A DNA stretch of 63,203 nucleotides, the filler included. It is 8 parts of 8 records of this genome, joined end to end, with 100 filler letters (N's around TTAATTAATTAA, not from the genome) between each part and the next. Parts side by side here need not be neighbours in the genome. Positions count along the whole stretch, not along the records: positions 9,882 to 20,727 come from SRR7504441_322; positions 20,828 to 28,883 come from SRR7504441_329; 6 more parts are not named here. One strand, 5' to 3'. Within the stretch, counting starts at the first letter, position 1. Each line of letters begins with the position of its first letter. Of the stretch, positions 10,709 to 21,879 are shown one piece after another. The translations under genes and the position numbers were made by a program. The notes under the pieces were generated by a model that worked only from the letters and a program-made list of their open reading frames with translations, ran no database searches and had not been told where the DNA came from.

Positions 10709-12214
10709 CTAGTTATAGCCTTTGAGTGCCCGGCGGAAGCAGCTCTCGAGCAGCTCTTCGTCCACCCTCAGCGGCACCACCGACAGCACCCGCTGCTGCA
10801 CGATTGTCCCCTGAACCATCGCCGGGATGTCAGCCTCCACGAACCCCATCTCGCCCAGTCCGAGTGGGCAATCGCCCGCCAGCCGCATGAGCTTCACCAC
10901 CTGCTCAGCCAGCATTCCCCCGCTCTCCTCCGGGCACACAGTCGCCGCAGCGCGCGCCCGCGCTGTGCCCGCATCCACCCCAGCCAACAGATGAGCGGCC
11001 TCCAAGCACCGCCCCGGTGCACCGTACGCCGTCAGCTCAAACGCGGCCGGAGCCATCACCGCCACGGCATACCCATGCGGAAGCAATGGCGCACTGCTCC
11101 CTCCCGGGCGGTTCGCGTACCCACTCCCCGGGGCAAAGTGGTGCCCGTCCAGCGCCTTCACGCCACCCGAGACCGGGTAGGAGCAGCCATGCGGCAGCGC
11201 GGTCCCGGCGTTGTTGAGAGCGGTGCCCGCCAGTGTGGCGGCCCAGTGCATCGCCTCCCGCGCCTCTGTGTCTGCAGGGTCAGTCAGCGCTCGCTCAAAA
11301 AACCGCCCCGCGATTGCCAGCGTCTCGCGGCAGCCAATGTCGCTCCAGGGGTTGGCGCCTTGGTTGAGTGGTCGCTCAGCCTCGATCGGGCCGAGTGGCC
11401 GGTGGTGGAACGGCCGTGCGGTGAACGATTCGGCGGCATGCATAACCACGTCGAGTCCCGAGGCAGCCACCACGCTCTGCGGCAGGTGGTGGCAGCTGAG
11501 GGGATCCACCAAGGCCAGTGTGGGCTTCAGCGCCCGGTTGGCCAGCGCGGTCTTCACCCCTAGGTGTTGGATGTCACAGATAGCGTACCCAGTCCCCTCC
11601 GAACCGGTGCCCGATGTGGTCGGGCAGGCAATGTGCGGCAGGAGCGGGCCTGGGGGTTGCGCCGCCCTGCCCACCGGCGCGTTCACATAGTGCAGGAAGT
11701 CGCCGCCCGGTGGGGGGTGGCTGAAGAACAGATTGGCGGCCTTAGCCGTGTCTATACAGCTCCCGCCGCCGATCGACACCCAGCCGTCCGGCTGCACCTC
11801 GGCCGCCCACTCGGCCGCCTGCATGAAGCTTCGGTCGGTCGGCTCCACGGCCGACTCCAGATAAACCTCCGCCTCCACCCCGGCAGCCCGCAGCCCGGCC
11901 ATCGCCTGCTCGAAGAAAGGCAGCCCAGCTACCACCCGATCGGTCACCACCGCCACCCGCCTCAGCCCGAGCCTGCGCGCCGTGGCCCCCACCTCGGCCA
12001 GCACCCCGCGCCCGAAGCGGGTCCGGGCGACGTCAAACTCGAACGCGTGCTCCCGGCACCGCTCGCGCGGCAGGCCGGCCGCCTCATGCAGCTCTGGCCG
12101 ATCCGGGTTTGGTTGGGCCCTGGCGGCAGCGGCGGCGTGCGGCAGGTGGCAGCAGCTGCCGGCCGACCGGGCCCCCCGAGCTGCCAGCCACCGGGCAGGC
12201 CGCCAGCTCCGCAT
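10709..12214 (-). CDS. ADHFE1: Hydroxyacid-oxoacid transhydrogenase (iron-containing ADH family), mitochondrial
   Basis: VEPTDRSF, GGGSCIDTAKAANL, YVNAPVG, IACPTTSGTGSEGTG, SGLDVVMHAAESFTA, NQGANPWSD, LPHGCSYPVSG. Arg/Ala-rich presequence. Confidence 0.92.
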   Translation of the reverse strand: MRSWRPARWLAARGARSAGSCCHLPHAAAAARAQPNPDRPELHEAAGLPRERCREHAFEFDVARTRFGRGVLAEVGATARRLGLRRVAVVTDRVVAGLPFFEQAMAGLRAAGVEAEVYLESAVEPTDRSFMQAAEWAAEVQPDGWVSIGGGSCIDTAKAANLFFSHPPPGGDFLHYVNAPVGRAAQPPGPLLPHIACPTTSGTGSEGTGYAICDIQHLGVKTALANRALKPTLALVDPLSCHHLPQSVVAASGLDVVMHAAESFTARPFHHRPLGPIEAERPLNQGANPWSDIGCRETLAIAGRFFERALTDPADTEAREAMHWAATLAGTALNNAGTALPHGCSYPVSGGVKALDGHHFAPGSGYANRPGGSSAPLLPHGYAVAVMAPAAFELTAYGAPGRCLEAAHLLAGVDAGTARARAAATVCPEESGGMLAEQVVKLMRLAGDCPLGLGEMGFVEADIPAMVQGTIVQQRVLSVVPLRVDEELLESCFRRALKGYN

Positions 12215-12290
12215 CTAGCAGCCGACAAGCCTGCCGCGCACAGCCGGTTCCCACGGGGAGGCGTCAACGGGTGGCCGTGTCCGTTGGCCG

Positions 12291-15200
12291 ATGGCACAGT
12301 CGCCCTGCTCGCAGCTCCCCACAGTCACAGTGGAGGGCGGGCGGTCCGGACTCTGCAGCCAGCTCAGCAGCGGCCAGCCCAGCCCGGCCCGGCCGGCTCC
12401 ACCTCCGGTGGTGATCGACCTTACCGCCGAGGACGGCCCGGAGGCCGGCGACGGCTCGGAGGCCGGTCTGCGCGAGCAGGAGGTGTGGGACAGCGAGTAT
12501 GAGTTCAAAACAACGGACCAAGTGGCCCGGCTCAAACGCACCGCCTCGCGCGAGATCAGGGCCGCCTCTCTCAAGCGCTCGCTCAGCCGGCAGAACTCGC
12601 TGCCGTCGAGCGAACCAGAGCCTGTAGCCCGGCTGGACAGCTGTCCCGGACTAACAGAGCAGCTGCAGCAGCGCTGTGCGGGTGGGCCACGCCGTCTGCC
12701 ACTGGTTGATCGGGGGGCAGCCGAGTGCCAGGTGACGCTGACGGTGGAGCTGGACGGCGATCAAGACGACGAGGACCTTCCCGAGCCTGCCGGGGACGAC
12801 CCACTCGAGGTGGAGCGGTGCTACCTGTCCGACATGGTGCGGGTGGTGGCCGAGCGAGCCACTTACCTGGACGCCGCCGGAGAGTCGACGGTCTGGGAGC
12901 AAGTCTCGTTCTACTGCCCGATTGTGGACGTGTGGCCTCACGACGAGGACACGAGGCTCGCGCTCGAGCTCAACGGCAGGCCATGCTGCAAGATAGAGCT
13001 AATTGTGCGCCGCGGGCCGCTGCCACCGGCCGGCTCACTGGGGCGGTGCAGCATGCTGATGACGACAACGCCGGGTGGGGCTCGGATGACGATTCGAGTG
13101 GAGACGACTGGGGTGGTTCGAGTAGTGAAATGCAGGTGCACGTGGGCGAGCGGACAGAGTGGGTCGCCGGGGCGAATGTGTCCATCAAACTGGCTGGTCC
13201 TACCAGCATCCAGCTCTCGCAGACCAGCAGCGTTGCGTTGTGTGCAAGTGTGCTGATTAGAGTCGACGAGAAAGAAGAGAAAATCGACACTAACCCGAGC
13301 GGCGTGCCGTCGATGAACGATCCGAGAGTAATCGAGCGGTACGAGCTCCTCGAGCAGCAGGTGTCTCACCCAAGCTCTAGGAACTCTGACAGTTGAGTGC
13401 ACAGATCGACATCTGTCGACAGCTGGGCTACCCCGCAGCCTACGAGCCCCTCGCGGGAGGAGAGGCTGTGGTCTGGCTGATGATTCCAATCAGCAAGCTC
13501 GGGCTCGGCAGGGAGTGCCTGTCCGCCTGGGGCCTCGAGCCAGAAGCCTTTATCGCTGTCCGGTTCAATATGGGGCTCGGTGAGGGGCTCAATCCTAATG
13601 GCACAGCCGAGCTGGGGCTCCCCACGGCCCGTTTCACGCGCAGCCTGGATGGGCCGTCGCTGGTGCTGCCGCCCAAGCTGCGGTGCGAGTACTCGGGCGG
13701 GCTGTTGGCTGAGGGTCGGGCAGCCATGTGTTTCTGGATGGGGATGAGTGGCTGGAGAGATTTCAAGTCAGGATGTGCAGCGGGGCCGGGTTTGAATATC
13801 GAGGCAAGCCATCTGAGGAAGGGCATCGAGGCGGGCCAACCTGCTCGAGAGAGCCGGTAATCCAGCTATGGGTTAGAGTTCAAATAGCAGAGTCGCGGGT
13901 TGTCGAGTAGGGGCTGGTGAAGGGCAGAGAGTCGATGCCAGTTGTTGAGTTGTGTGGGCAGCTACTTGTGTCCAAGTGCATCGAAACCGTGATGACAGAC
14001 CGACTACAGATGGTGCTCAAGCAGGAAGCGTCGCCTCACGGGCTGAATGAGGATGCGGCTCTGCAGGCATGCCTGGGCATTAGCTGCTGGGGCTCAGGCA
14101 ATCTGGTCAGGCTGCTCGTTCCAAGCAGCCACACCAAGATCTGAGCCCACAAGAGGTGTGTGACTTGAATCTGGGCCGGTCGATAGTTTCGGCAGGTGGC
14201 TCAATATGTGATTGAGGCCGATGATATGGATGCTCGCTGCATTCCGATGGCCTGGGGTGCATTACATCGGATTATTAGGGACCAACCTTGCGGCAGGCAT
14301 GGACATCGACTTTGAAGAGATCACAATAGCCAAACAGAATCTGCTCGTTCGCGTGTGCCGCTTCGTGCAGGTATGCAGGCCGCCCGGTTGCCTCCTCTTA
14401 GTGGTGATCGACACAGCGGAGGCTGTTGTTGTGCACCCGGCATTGCTTGATGGGTGCATGCTACTCGATGATCCCTCCAGTGCTGCAAGGGCTCAAACCG
14501 ATCATCTGCAGCAGAGGTGCAACCTGACGGCTGTGCGCGACTCATTTGACTTGGCAGATGTCTGCCAACAGAGGGCAACTATTTCAAAATATGGCGGTGA
14601 CTGGCTCGATGTCTTCATTTGGACCGCATTGTAGGTGCTTGTGACTTGACAGCCGAGATTAGGAGAGCGCCGGAAGTTTTTGATTTGCTAGTGTCGCTGA
14701 CCTACTTGGGCGCCGCGGGCAACTTGCTAGCTCCGTTCCCCAAAAGGATTCCAGGTCGAATTTGCAGGCTGGGCTAGTGCTGAGTAAAACGGGTGCCTCA
14801 GGCAACAAAGAAGGCACCGGAAGAGTTTATTTCGGCAACAACACTGCCCTCTGTGGTCTCGGCACCTCATTTGCCACAGAAATACAAACAGGAGACAGCA
14901 TATTCCTCACTGAGCAGCGGCTTGACGATGGTAAGCATATCCACTCGGAGCATATCAGAGTACTCCAGGTTTGTAGTACCAACCGCAGGGTCAGCAGGGT
15001 GGGTCGCAGGTGGTCTCTTCGACAGAGTTGCTCCTCGATTGCCGCTTAGATTATGCGCTTAGCGAGGATGCAGCACAAGACTTTATCATTTGCAAGGCGT
15101 CGCTGTTTGTAGATATGGACCGTGGACAGGAAGTCGAGAAGACCCGTAATTACCCACTAGTCATGCAGACTCTTGAGGTGCGACGCGCTGCCGCCCTGTG

Positions 15201-16720
15201 GTGTATCATCCAAAGTGTGCAGGCCCTACCTCCCGTTGCCGAGCTTGTCACTCAGTTAGATTGGCTGACTGAAGAGGCAAAGTTGTCGATCAACACTTCG
15301 GTACAGATTTTCATAGGGAGCGCGTTCAGTGCGTGCCAGGTGACTGATGCATTCGATGCGTGGCTGAGATCGTTGTTGCCTGGGACGCACGACAACAGGC
15401 TACGAGACTTGCTCACGCACATAATCACAACCAATCGTGGGCATTTAAGACTGCTTCGTGAGGACGAGCAGATCAACGGAGTGCAAGGGGTGCGCTGAAT
15501 ACCTGTGTTTGACGTGTATCGATTAGTCTGACTTGATTAGAGCGGGGTACTCCCATCGACAAAGGGTGCATGCCAATCGGTGTCGACAAGTGTCGATGAC
15601 TGTCGACAAGTGTCGATCAGTGCGACCCAGTGTCGATTTATGATCTAACCAATAGAGCTCCCGTTCTATATGCGAATTCGGACTCATTTTGACTGGCAGA
15701 TGCACAAGAAGCAGCACCAGTTTGTGATGCTGTGTGGCAATCCCGAGAGAGAGAAGCTCTTTAGGGAGGCAAAGCTTGCATGTGAAGAAGAAAAGGGTCA
15801 GGGAAACGGTCTGGCCCTAATCGTTGGCTAGCACTATGACCCTGCCGTGCCTGCTAGGTTCGATCATGGCATTCCACGGATCAGCAACTGAAGTATGGAA
15901 CTCCATTGTCCGAACTGGCCTTGAGTATAAGTGGATGAGAAACGCCCAGGCATTTTGCCGAGTACAGCCAGCATCCAACTCTGGGCTTACAGGCGTTCGG
16001 CCCCGGGCTCTACCTGGCAACAAATCAGCAGACGTCGGTAGGGTATCTAAGGCAAGGTGGCAGGAGCTGGCCCAACAGTGCCCTTGGCGTGAACGGTGTG
16101 CATGGAAGTAATGTTTCAGCCTCAGTCCCATGGCAGGCGTAACCATCATGGCGATTTGCGAGATGATCAACAGGCCAGAATCGTTTACTGGAGCGCCTGG
16201 TTGCAAGGGGGTCTACAGGAATGGGAACAACAATTGCCCGCACTACGTCGTCCAGCACGTTGGAGACAGGGATCATCCGATGTGGAAGAAAACCGTGGGC
16301 AAGCCGCTGTATGAAAGCGACCCCCAGTACGCAGGCCAGGATTGGGTCACAGCCAAGGTACTTATGTTCGGCGAATCTTCGGGAGGCGCAAGCTACAGCG
16401 CTGGTGGGCTCTGCACAGATTCCCGCAATCTCAAACCTCCGGAGGTGACAATGACGCCCAAGGTCGCTACTCATGGCCTTGAGCGAGTGCCTTCGGCAGT
16501 CGGGAGGGCTGCAGTGGGGAGATCTGGCGGGGGCATAATCAGATGCCGCTCAGGTGGCCATAGCGAAGATACGAAAGAGCAATACAAGTCCATGCTGGCG
16601 GAGCTTGTGTCTATGGACTTTCCACCACATAAGGCCTGGCAGTACTTGCAGAGCAGCGATGGAATTTTGGAGCAGGCGGTGAGCATGCTGGTCGTTGATG
16701 CAGCCCCGGCTGAACCCTAG
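12291..16720 (+). CDS. PARP6/8/16-like mono-ADP-ribosyltransferase with N-terminal SIM-like motif and C-terminal UBA-like domain (about 15 introns)
   Basis: After splicing: NLLVRVCRFVQ-RRLLLCTRHC...LKPIICS, PEVFDLLVSLTY...PFP, HQFVML, catalytic AFHGS..WNSIVRTGL, AFGPGLYLA...SVGY, MAICEMI, PHYVV. C-terminal LAELVSMDFP...LQSSDGILEQAVSML. N-terminal VVIDLT. Some internal exon boundaries are uncertain. Confidence 0.78.
15581..15640. repeat. Six 10-bp units (TGTCGAnnnn) inside the long PARP intron
   Basis: tgtcgacaag tgtcgatgac tgtcgacaag tgtcgatcag tgcgacccag tgtcgattta. Confidence 0.8.
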
Positions 16721-17027
16721 CCTCATCTTCTTCACCCAAACGTGCAAGCTACAGCTCTATACAAGTATCACTCGTTTTAAAATCTGGATCCCGCCTCGAC
16801 GTCGACGTCGCGGGTTCTGTGACATATCGATTCTGTGCATACATCTGAGTTGATTTTGAGCCGTGTCCAATTGGATCCAAATTGGACCGGTGTTTCCTTG
16901 AGCAAGTGTTGCTGTTCGTAGCTGGGTAGCGTACCGATAACATTAGATCCAGCGCACTGACTCATTCGTACGAAACACATCAAGATTGCATAAAACGATA
17001 GTACTCATTGGATCTTACATTGCTTAA

Positions 17028-18039
17028 TTAAATTGATGTGTTTAGACGCGTGCACGTGCTATCTAGTTCAACCAACGGCTTCCGGATATGCGCAAGAACG
17101 CAAGTCAGCTGCTTAGGAATGTTTACAATGCTCGGGATCGGTGGACTTGGTAGGCGCTTTGCAAGCCTGCGGCTGCGCACCCGTTGTTTGCAACCCACGG
17201 GTCCAGCGGACCGCTTCTGCACAAGCCCGCAGGCTTCTCGGCGAGAGCTCTCTCGTGTCACACACCGGGTGCAGCTCCCTATGCCTCGAGATGGAGTCCG
17301 CCGGCCAATCCCAACGGACCACCTGTGTCCCTCAGGCTTCGGTCAGAGCCCACCCGCCCGGGCACCTGTTAACATGCGACCCCGCTAACCACTCGATCTC
17401 GCCGGGCTCACGGTTTGCCCAGATTTCCATTTTCCGCCGGGCCCCATCAGTCAGGCGGTCTCGCCAGCCAGACAAAAACTCGATTCGCGCCGCCCTACGC
17501 CGGCTCACCTATCCATCTAGTCAGCCCGCGGTTGATCCATTAGCCTGACCTCTTCCGCCTGCCTGGCCTCCAGTAGCGCACCGCCATCCCTAAGCAGTCG
17601 CATTAACCTCAACCGCGCAAACCCGTCTCGCGCCCCGCCCATGATATTCGCCTTGCGCCGCCGCTCCCGCTGGGCCTCAAGCTCCTCCCGCTGCCGCTGC
17701 CGCTGCACCGGGCTCGCCAGGTCATCGCCAGGCTGGCACCTCATATAGGCCTCGGTAGTACTCGTCTTGGGCCAAGAAGACCGTGCTGGGTGGCCCAAGC
17801 CGGGGCGTGCCGTGCAGCTCCCACAGGCCGTCGACCATGGACGAGGCAGTGATCACCAGCGCGGCCACCCGTCGCCGGGCCTGCAACAATGTCCACACCT
17901 GGTGCGCCCGTCCGAGCGGGGTCCGCCTGTCGGCCACCAGCCAGATCCGCCAGCACGCCAGCCAGGCCCCGAGCTCAGCCCTCGGGTCAGCGATGGTCGC
18001 CCTTGATCGGGGCGCCTCGGCCTCGAGCGTGGCCGCCAT
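17028..18039 (-). CDS. Hypothetical spliced protein (3' end uncertain)
   Basis: ATG at 18039 (MAATLEAEAPR...FLAQDEYYRGLYE), then GT-AG intron-like segments and a charged helical exon (RQRQREELEAQRERRRKA). Divergent from 18095 with TAACGG in between. Confidence 0.35.
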
Positions 18040-18094
18040 CCTTGGGGCCCCGAGCCGACGGGTTTTAACGGCTTTTGATGCCGGAGCCGCTTTG

Positions 18095-19506
18095 ATGCCG
18101 CAGCCCGAGGAGTTCGAGGAGCTTCTGGTCGGCTGGCGGCTGCCGGGCGAGCTGCGGGCCGAGCTCGGCCAGCTGGGACCCGCCCACCAAAGGACCATCG
18201 CCTCTGCCGCCGGGGCGCCCAACTTCTGGGCGGCCTGCCTTCCGGATCCGCCCAGTCTGCCCCAGCTGGAGGCAGCCGAGGCGGCGTTGGCGCTGGTCAG
18301 CCCGGACTGGGCGGCGGAGCTGTTGGCGCACGTGGACGGTGCGCCTGGTCCGCCCGCGCGGCCAGCTGGGGCAGGACTCGAGTGCGCCGAGGCCGTGATG
18401 GAGCGGCTGGGCCCGGTGCTGGCTTCCAAGCTGATATACTTCGGACTGGATGCACCCATCCACTCGCAGCCGTTTGCCGATGCGCTCTCGGCGGTGGGCT
18501 GGGCTGGAATGCGCTGACTGGATAGGGTCGGACAGGTGGCGGACCTCAGCTACGACGATCCCGGGATGGTCTTTCGGGCCGAGCTGGCTCCTGCCCTGCT
18601 CCCGCGGATCCTGGAGGCGGCCTGGCCTGGAGGCTCGGTCTGACAGGTCGCAGGTGATGAGCCCAGGGGTGGACTGTGAGATGCAGTCCAAGGCAGCCGT
18701 CGCGCTAGGCAAGCCGCGCCCAACCCGCGATTGAGCCTGGTCCAGGCTCGCTACTGGCGCAGGATAGGGCGATGTCCCAGCTTGCGGCGAACCCAGCGGC
18801 ATTTGAACAGATTGCGGCCGCACTGCTCGAGATGCTAGCAAGTGGGAGACTGTACTCGCATATAGACGCGGCGCTGGCTCTCGGGCCACTGGTGTCAGGC
18901 GCGTCTGACGAGCAATTTAAGGAGCTAGCACCGCGAGCTCTGCCTCTGTTGGCAGTGAGGTGGTCGGAGTGTGTGATGCGGTGGCATGCTCGGGTGTGGC
19001 CGGCTGCTGACTGCGCAGACAGGTCAGAGAAGAGAGCACGGAGAGACAAAGCCAACTCGATCGCCAGTTACTGTCTCTGTGCGCTTCATAAAATTCTGGA
19101 ACGCGACTGCGATGCCGGCTGGTTTGATGCGGCTGGCAAGCCCGGTAGCTTGGGAGTATTTATCAGAGGGCTGCTGCTAGTGATACAAGGGCTGCTGCTG
19201 AGGCACTTGGAACGCCAGACAGCGGTGTTGCCTCACCTAAGTGGCGACTGCTTGCTAGAACTGGCTCTATTGGCTCTCCGGGTGCTGCTGCAGCTGTGTG
19301 CCCAGTTTGAAAGCACCGCCGAGCTTCTTTTGGAACAAAAGGAGCCGGCTTGCTTGCCTGTGCTAGGTCGGATGAAGTCAGCAGACTTGACCAAATTAAA
19401 AGGAGGCGGGCTCGCTCCTTCTTGGCCTGAAGAGCTCAGAACAATGTCTAACGCTTTGATATCAGCACTTTTGACCCGGCATCAGGAGAGCAAGAGCTTA
19501 AAATAA
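18095..19506 (+). CDS. Hypothetical alpha-helical (ARM-like) protein, spliced
   Basis: Two long Leu/Ala-rich coding segments (18095-about 18490 and about 18766-19506) linked by short GT-AG intron-like stretches. TAA and AATAAA at the 3' end. Confidence 0.5.
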
Positions 19507-19666
19507 AAACACAAACTAAAAGCACATACGAGTACGTACGAGTACGTACCGAGTATACTGGTATATTGCACATTTTCAATTGCAATTGTGCACAATATAG
19601 TCTATCGTAAATTTATCGTAATCGTCATCAGATCTAACTAGTGTGATAACATTGCCGTATGTATGC

Positions 19667-20536
19667 CTAGTCCATCAGCAAGGCTTCATCCGCAAAGAGC
19701 TCAGCCTTGATCTGTGTAAATTCAGCCGCCATCAGTTTGGCAGCTTTGGCGTGTGGCTCGTCCTCGCATAGCTCATCCTCAGCCCCACGCTTTGTGCCCG
19801 CATGAACGCTGTCCACGTCATGCCCCATGACCTCCCAGTCAACCGTCAAGTCTTGCGGAGACCCCTCCAAAGCCTGCTCCACACTATCCTGAGAACACTC
19901 ATCCCCGCGCCGCTGCGCTGCTTTCGGCGCCCGCTTCGCTTCACTTTCGCGAGCCACCACATCGCTCGTGCAGCTAACGGCCGGCGATCCACCCACCGGC
20001 TGCTCCGTCTCGGCCGGCGCCACCGCGTCGGTCTCGAGCCGGGCGAGGCTCCGCTCTACGTCCTCCGACCAGAGCTGCGGGTCGGCCCGCAAGCACCGGA
20101 CGAGCCGCTCAAAGTCGAAACGGGGCACCCGGATCGAGAGGCCTCGGACAAACCCACCCAGCTGCTCAAGGTCGCTCGAGACCTGGTTGGCCGAGGTGGC
20201 CCAGATGAGCTTTCCAAGCCGCTCGCGGATTTGCTTGAGTGAATGTTCTACTAGCCAGGCCGGCGGCGGGGGCGCGCTCTGGGGGACGGACGCCTCGATC
20301 TTGACCGGATCGGGCGGGGCGGTCCCCTTGGTCCAAGCTTGGATCTCGCGCTTCTTTTCATGGTGCGGATGTACGTCGGTGGTAGTTAGCGGCTTCCAGG
20401 TGGACGGAGAGAACTTGCTCCGGCTAAACCAGGCCAGGATGGCCACCCGTTCATATACACAACCGTCCGCGGCCAGAACCGGATCGTTCATCTTCGCACC
20501 GGTCAGCGGGCAAATGAACTCCCACGGGCACGCCAT
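19667..20536 (-). CDS. U-box domain protein (putative E3 ligase)
   Basis: MACPWEFICPLTGAKMNDPVLAADGCVYERVAILAWF...SPST...P; ATG at 20536. Confidence 0.85.
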   Translation of the reverse strand: MACPWEFICPLTGAKMNDPVLAADGCVYERVAILAWFSRSKFSPSTWKPLTTTDVHPHHEKKREIQAWTKGTAPPDPVKIEASVPQSAPPPPAWLVEHSLKQIRERLGKLIWATSANQVSSDLEQLGGFVRGLSIRVPRFDFERLVRCLRADPQLWSEDVERSLARLETDAVAPAETEQPVGGSPAVSCTSDVVARESEAKRAPKAAQRRGDECSQDSVEQALEGSPQDLTVDWEVMGHDVDSVHAGTKRGAEDELCEDEPHAKAAKLMAAEFTQIKAELFADEALLMD

Positions 20537-20727
20537 TAGCTCGAGGTGCTGGTGCTCGGGCGCTGAAGCTGCTGAAACGTACAATCTGCCTAATATAGCG
20601 CTCGAAAGCCTCCAGAGCCACAAATTCACTCAAAACATTGACAGTGCGATCACGCACGAGCACCTCAGAGCAGCAAGGGGCCGGGAGCTGGTCGCCAGAG
20701 GGGATGGCGCGGCGACCGGCGAGGATG

Positions 20728-20827
20728 NNNNNNNNNNNNNNNNNNNNNNNNNNNNNNNNNNNNNNNNNNNNTTAATTAATTAANNNNNNNNNNNNNNNNN
20801 NNNNNNNNNNNNNNNNNNNNNNNNNNN
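20728..20827. other. Artificial contig spacer
   Basis: N44-TTAATTAATTAA-N44. Confidence 0.97.
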
Positions 20828-21182
20828 AACGGCGGTTGGAGCTCATGAAGGAGCGATCACGCGTGCACGAGACATTCGATAATCAATTTAGTCATCGTGT
20901 GAAGCGTTCATTCTCCTTCAACTTATGTGAGCATTGATTACATGATTGGTCCATTATCTTACTATATAGCTAGCGCTGTAGTACATCTATTCAATCGTCC
21001 TATTCAATCGTCCTTGTACGTACTAGCACTCGCACGCCTTCTAAACATGCAGTCATGCGCTTGTACCGGACAGTCCGAGTTCGATCTCTGCATTGCGCAT
21101 GGCCGAACACGGGTTTTGCCTCCCATCAGAGTCGCCACGTATCGCGAGACCAATCGCAACAAATGGGCCGGGCACAGCTCGC

Positions 21183-21633
21183 TCACTGGGCCGGAGCCGC
21201 CGAGACGATCTTGGCGGCGTACGCGTCGTTCCAAACCTGACCCCAGCTCCTGCCCCACCCCAGCCCGGCTCACCTTGGTAAACTCGCACACCTTGCCGTC
21301 GTTCACCCGCATCACATAGACGTACTCGGAAAACCTGCGCCAGCCGATTCAACTCCAGTGCGGATGGATAGAGAGGACTGACCCGCCGAAGTTGCCGAAG
21401 AAGAGGGCGGTCGAGGTGGTCTCATCGAAGGCTTTGGAGAGGATCTTGTACGCGTCGCACACGCCCTTCATCCAGTCGCAATACTTTGCGATTGTGTCGG
21501 CCTCGGAAACAGGCGGACCCGGCATCGCGTCGACCGCCTGGCAGGATGCCGGGCCGTCCGTCGCGAACTCCTCGCAGCCGACCCAGCCCTGGCCGCTCTC
21601 ACATGCCTCGAAGAACTTGGTAGCCACGTCCAT
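21183..21633 (-). CDS. SnoaL/NTF2-like (polyketide/ester cyclase-like) protein, 2 introns
   Basis: Spliced product MDVATKFFEACESGQGW..C...CQA...YCDWMKG...AFDE...ALFFGNFGG|FSEYVYVMRVNDGKVCEFTK|VWNDAYAAKIVSAAPAQ*. The FFEACE.G.GW, W-M-K-G and YVY...TK.WND motifs match a bacterial SnoaL-like family as I recall it. Confidence 0.72.
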
Positions 21634-21879
21634 TATTGATGGAGATCGTGTCGGTTATGAGCTGTTATCTATGCCGTTTGCGCAATGGCACTAGGAAATT
21701 CCTAGTCTAGGAAGACTCTCTCACTGACAGCGCGATTGTACTCATTGACTGTAGTATAGCATTCAATCGTGTTTGCACATACAACCAAATGTATTATAGT
21801 GTACATAGTACTATTGATTTTACGATGTCCCGTAAACGACCGGCCGGTATATTAAAGAAATAAAAGAATAAATCTTGAC

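Noticed and set aside
15581..15640. CRISPR-like array (also considered for 25307-25770 and the LRR gene)
   Set aside because: No constant repeat with unique spacers and no cas genes; these are a minisatellite and coding repeats in a eukaryote.
17836..17839. Two divergent genes sharing overlapping start codons in a CATG palindrome
   Set aside because: Better starts lie at 18039 (-) and 18095 (+), which flank an AT-rich spacer with TAACGG like the other bidirectional promoters.
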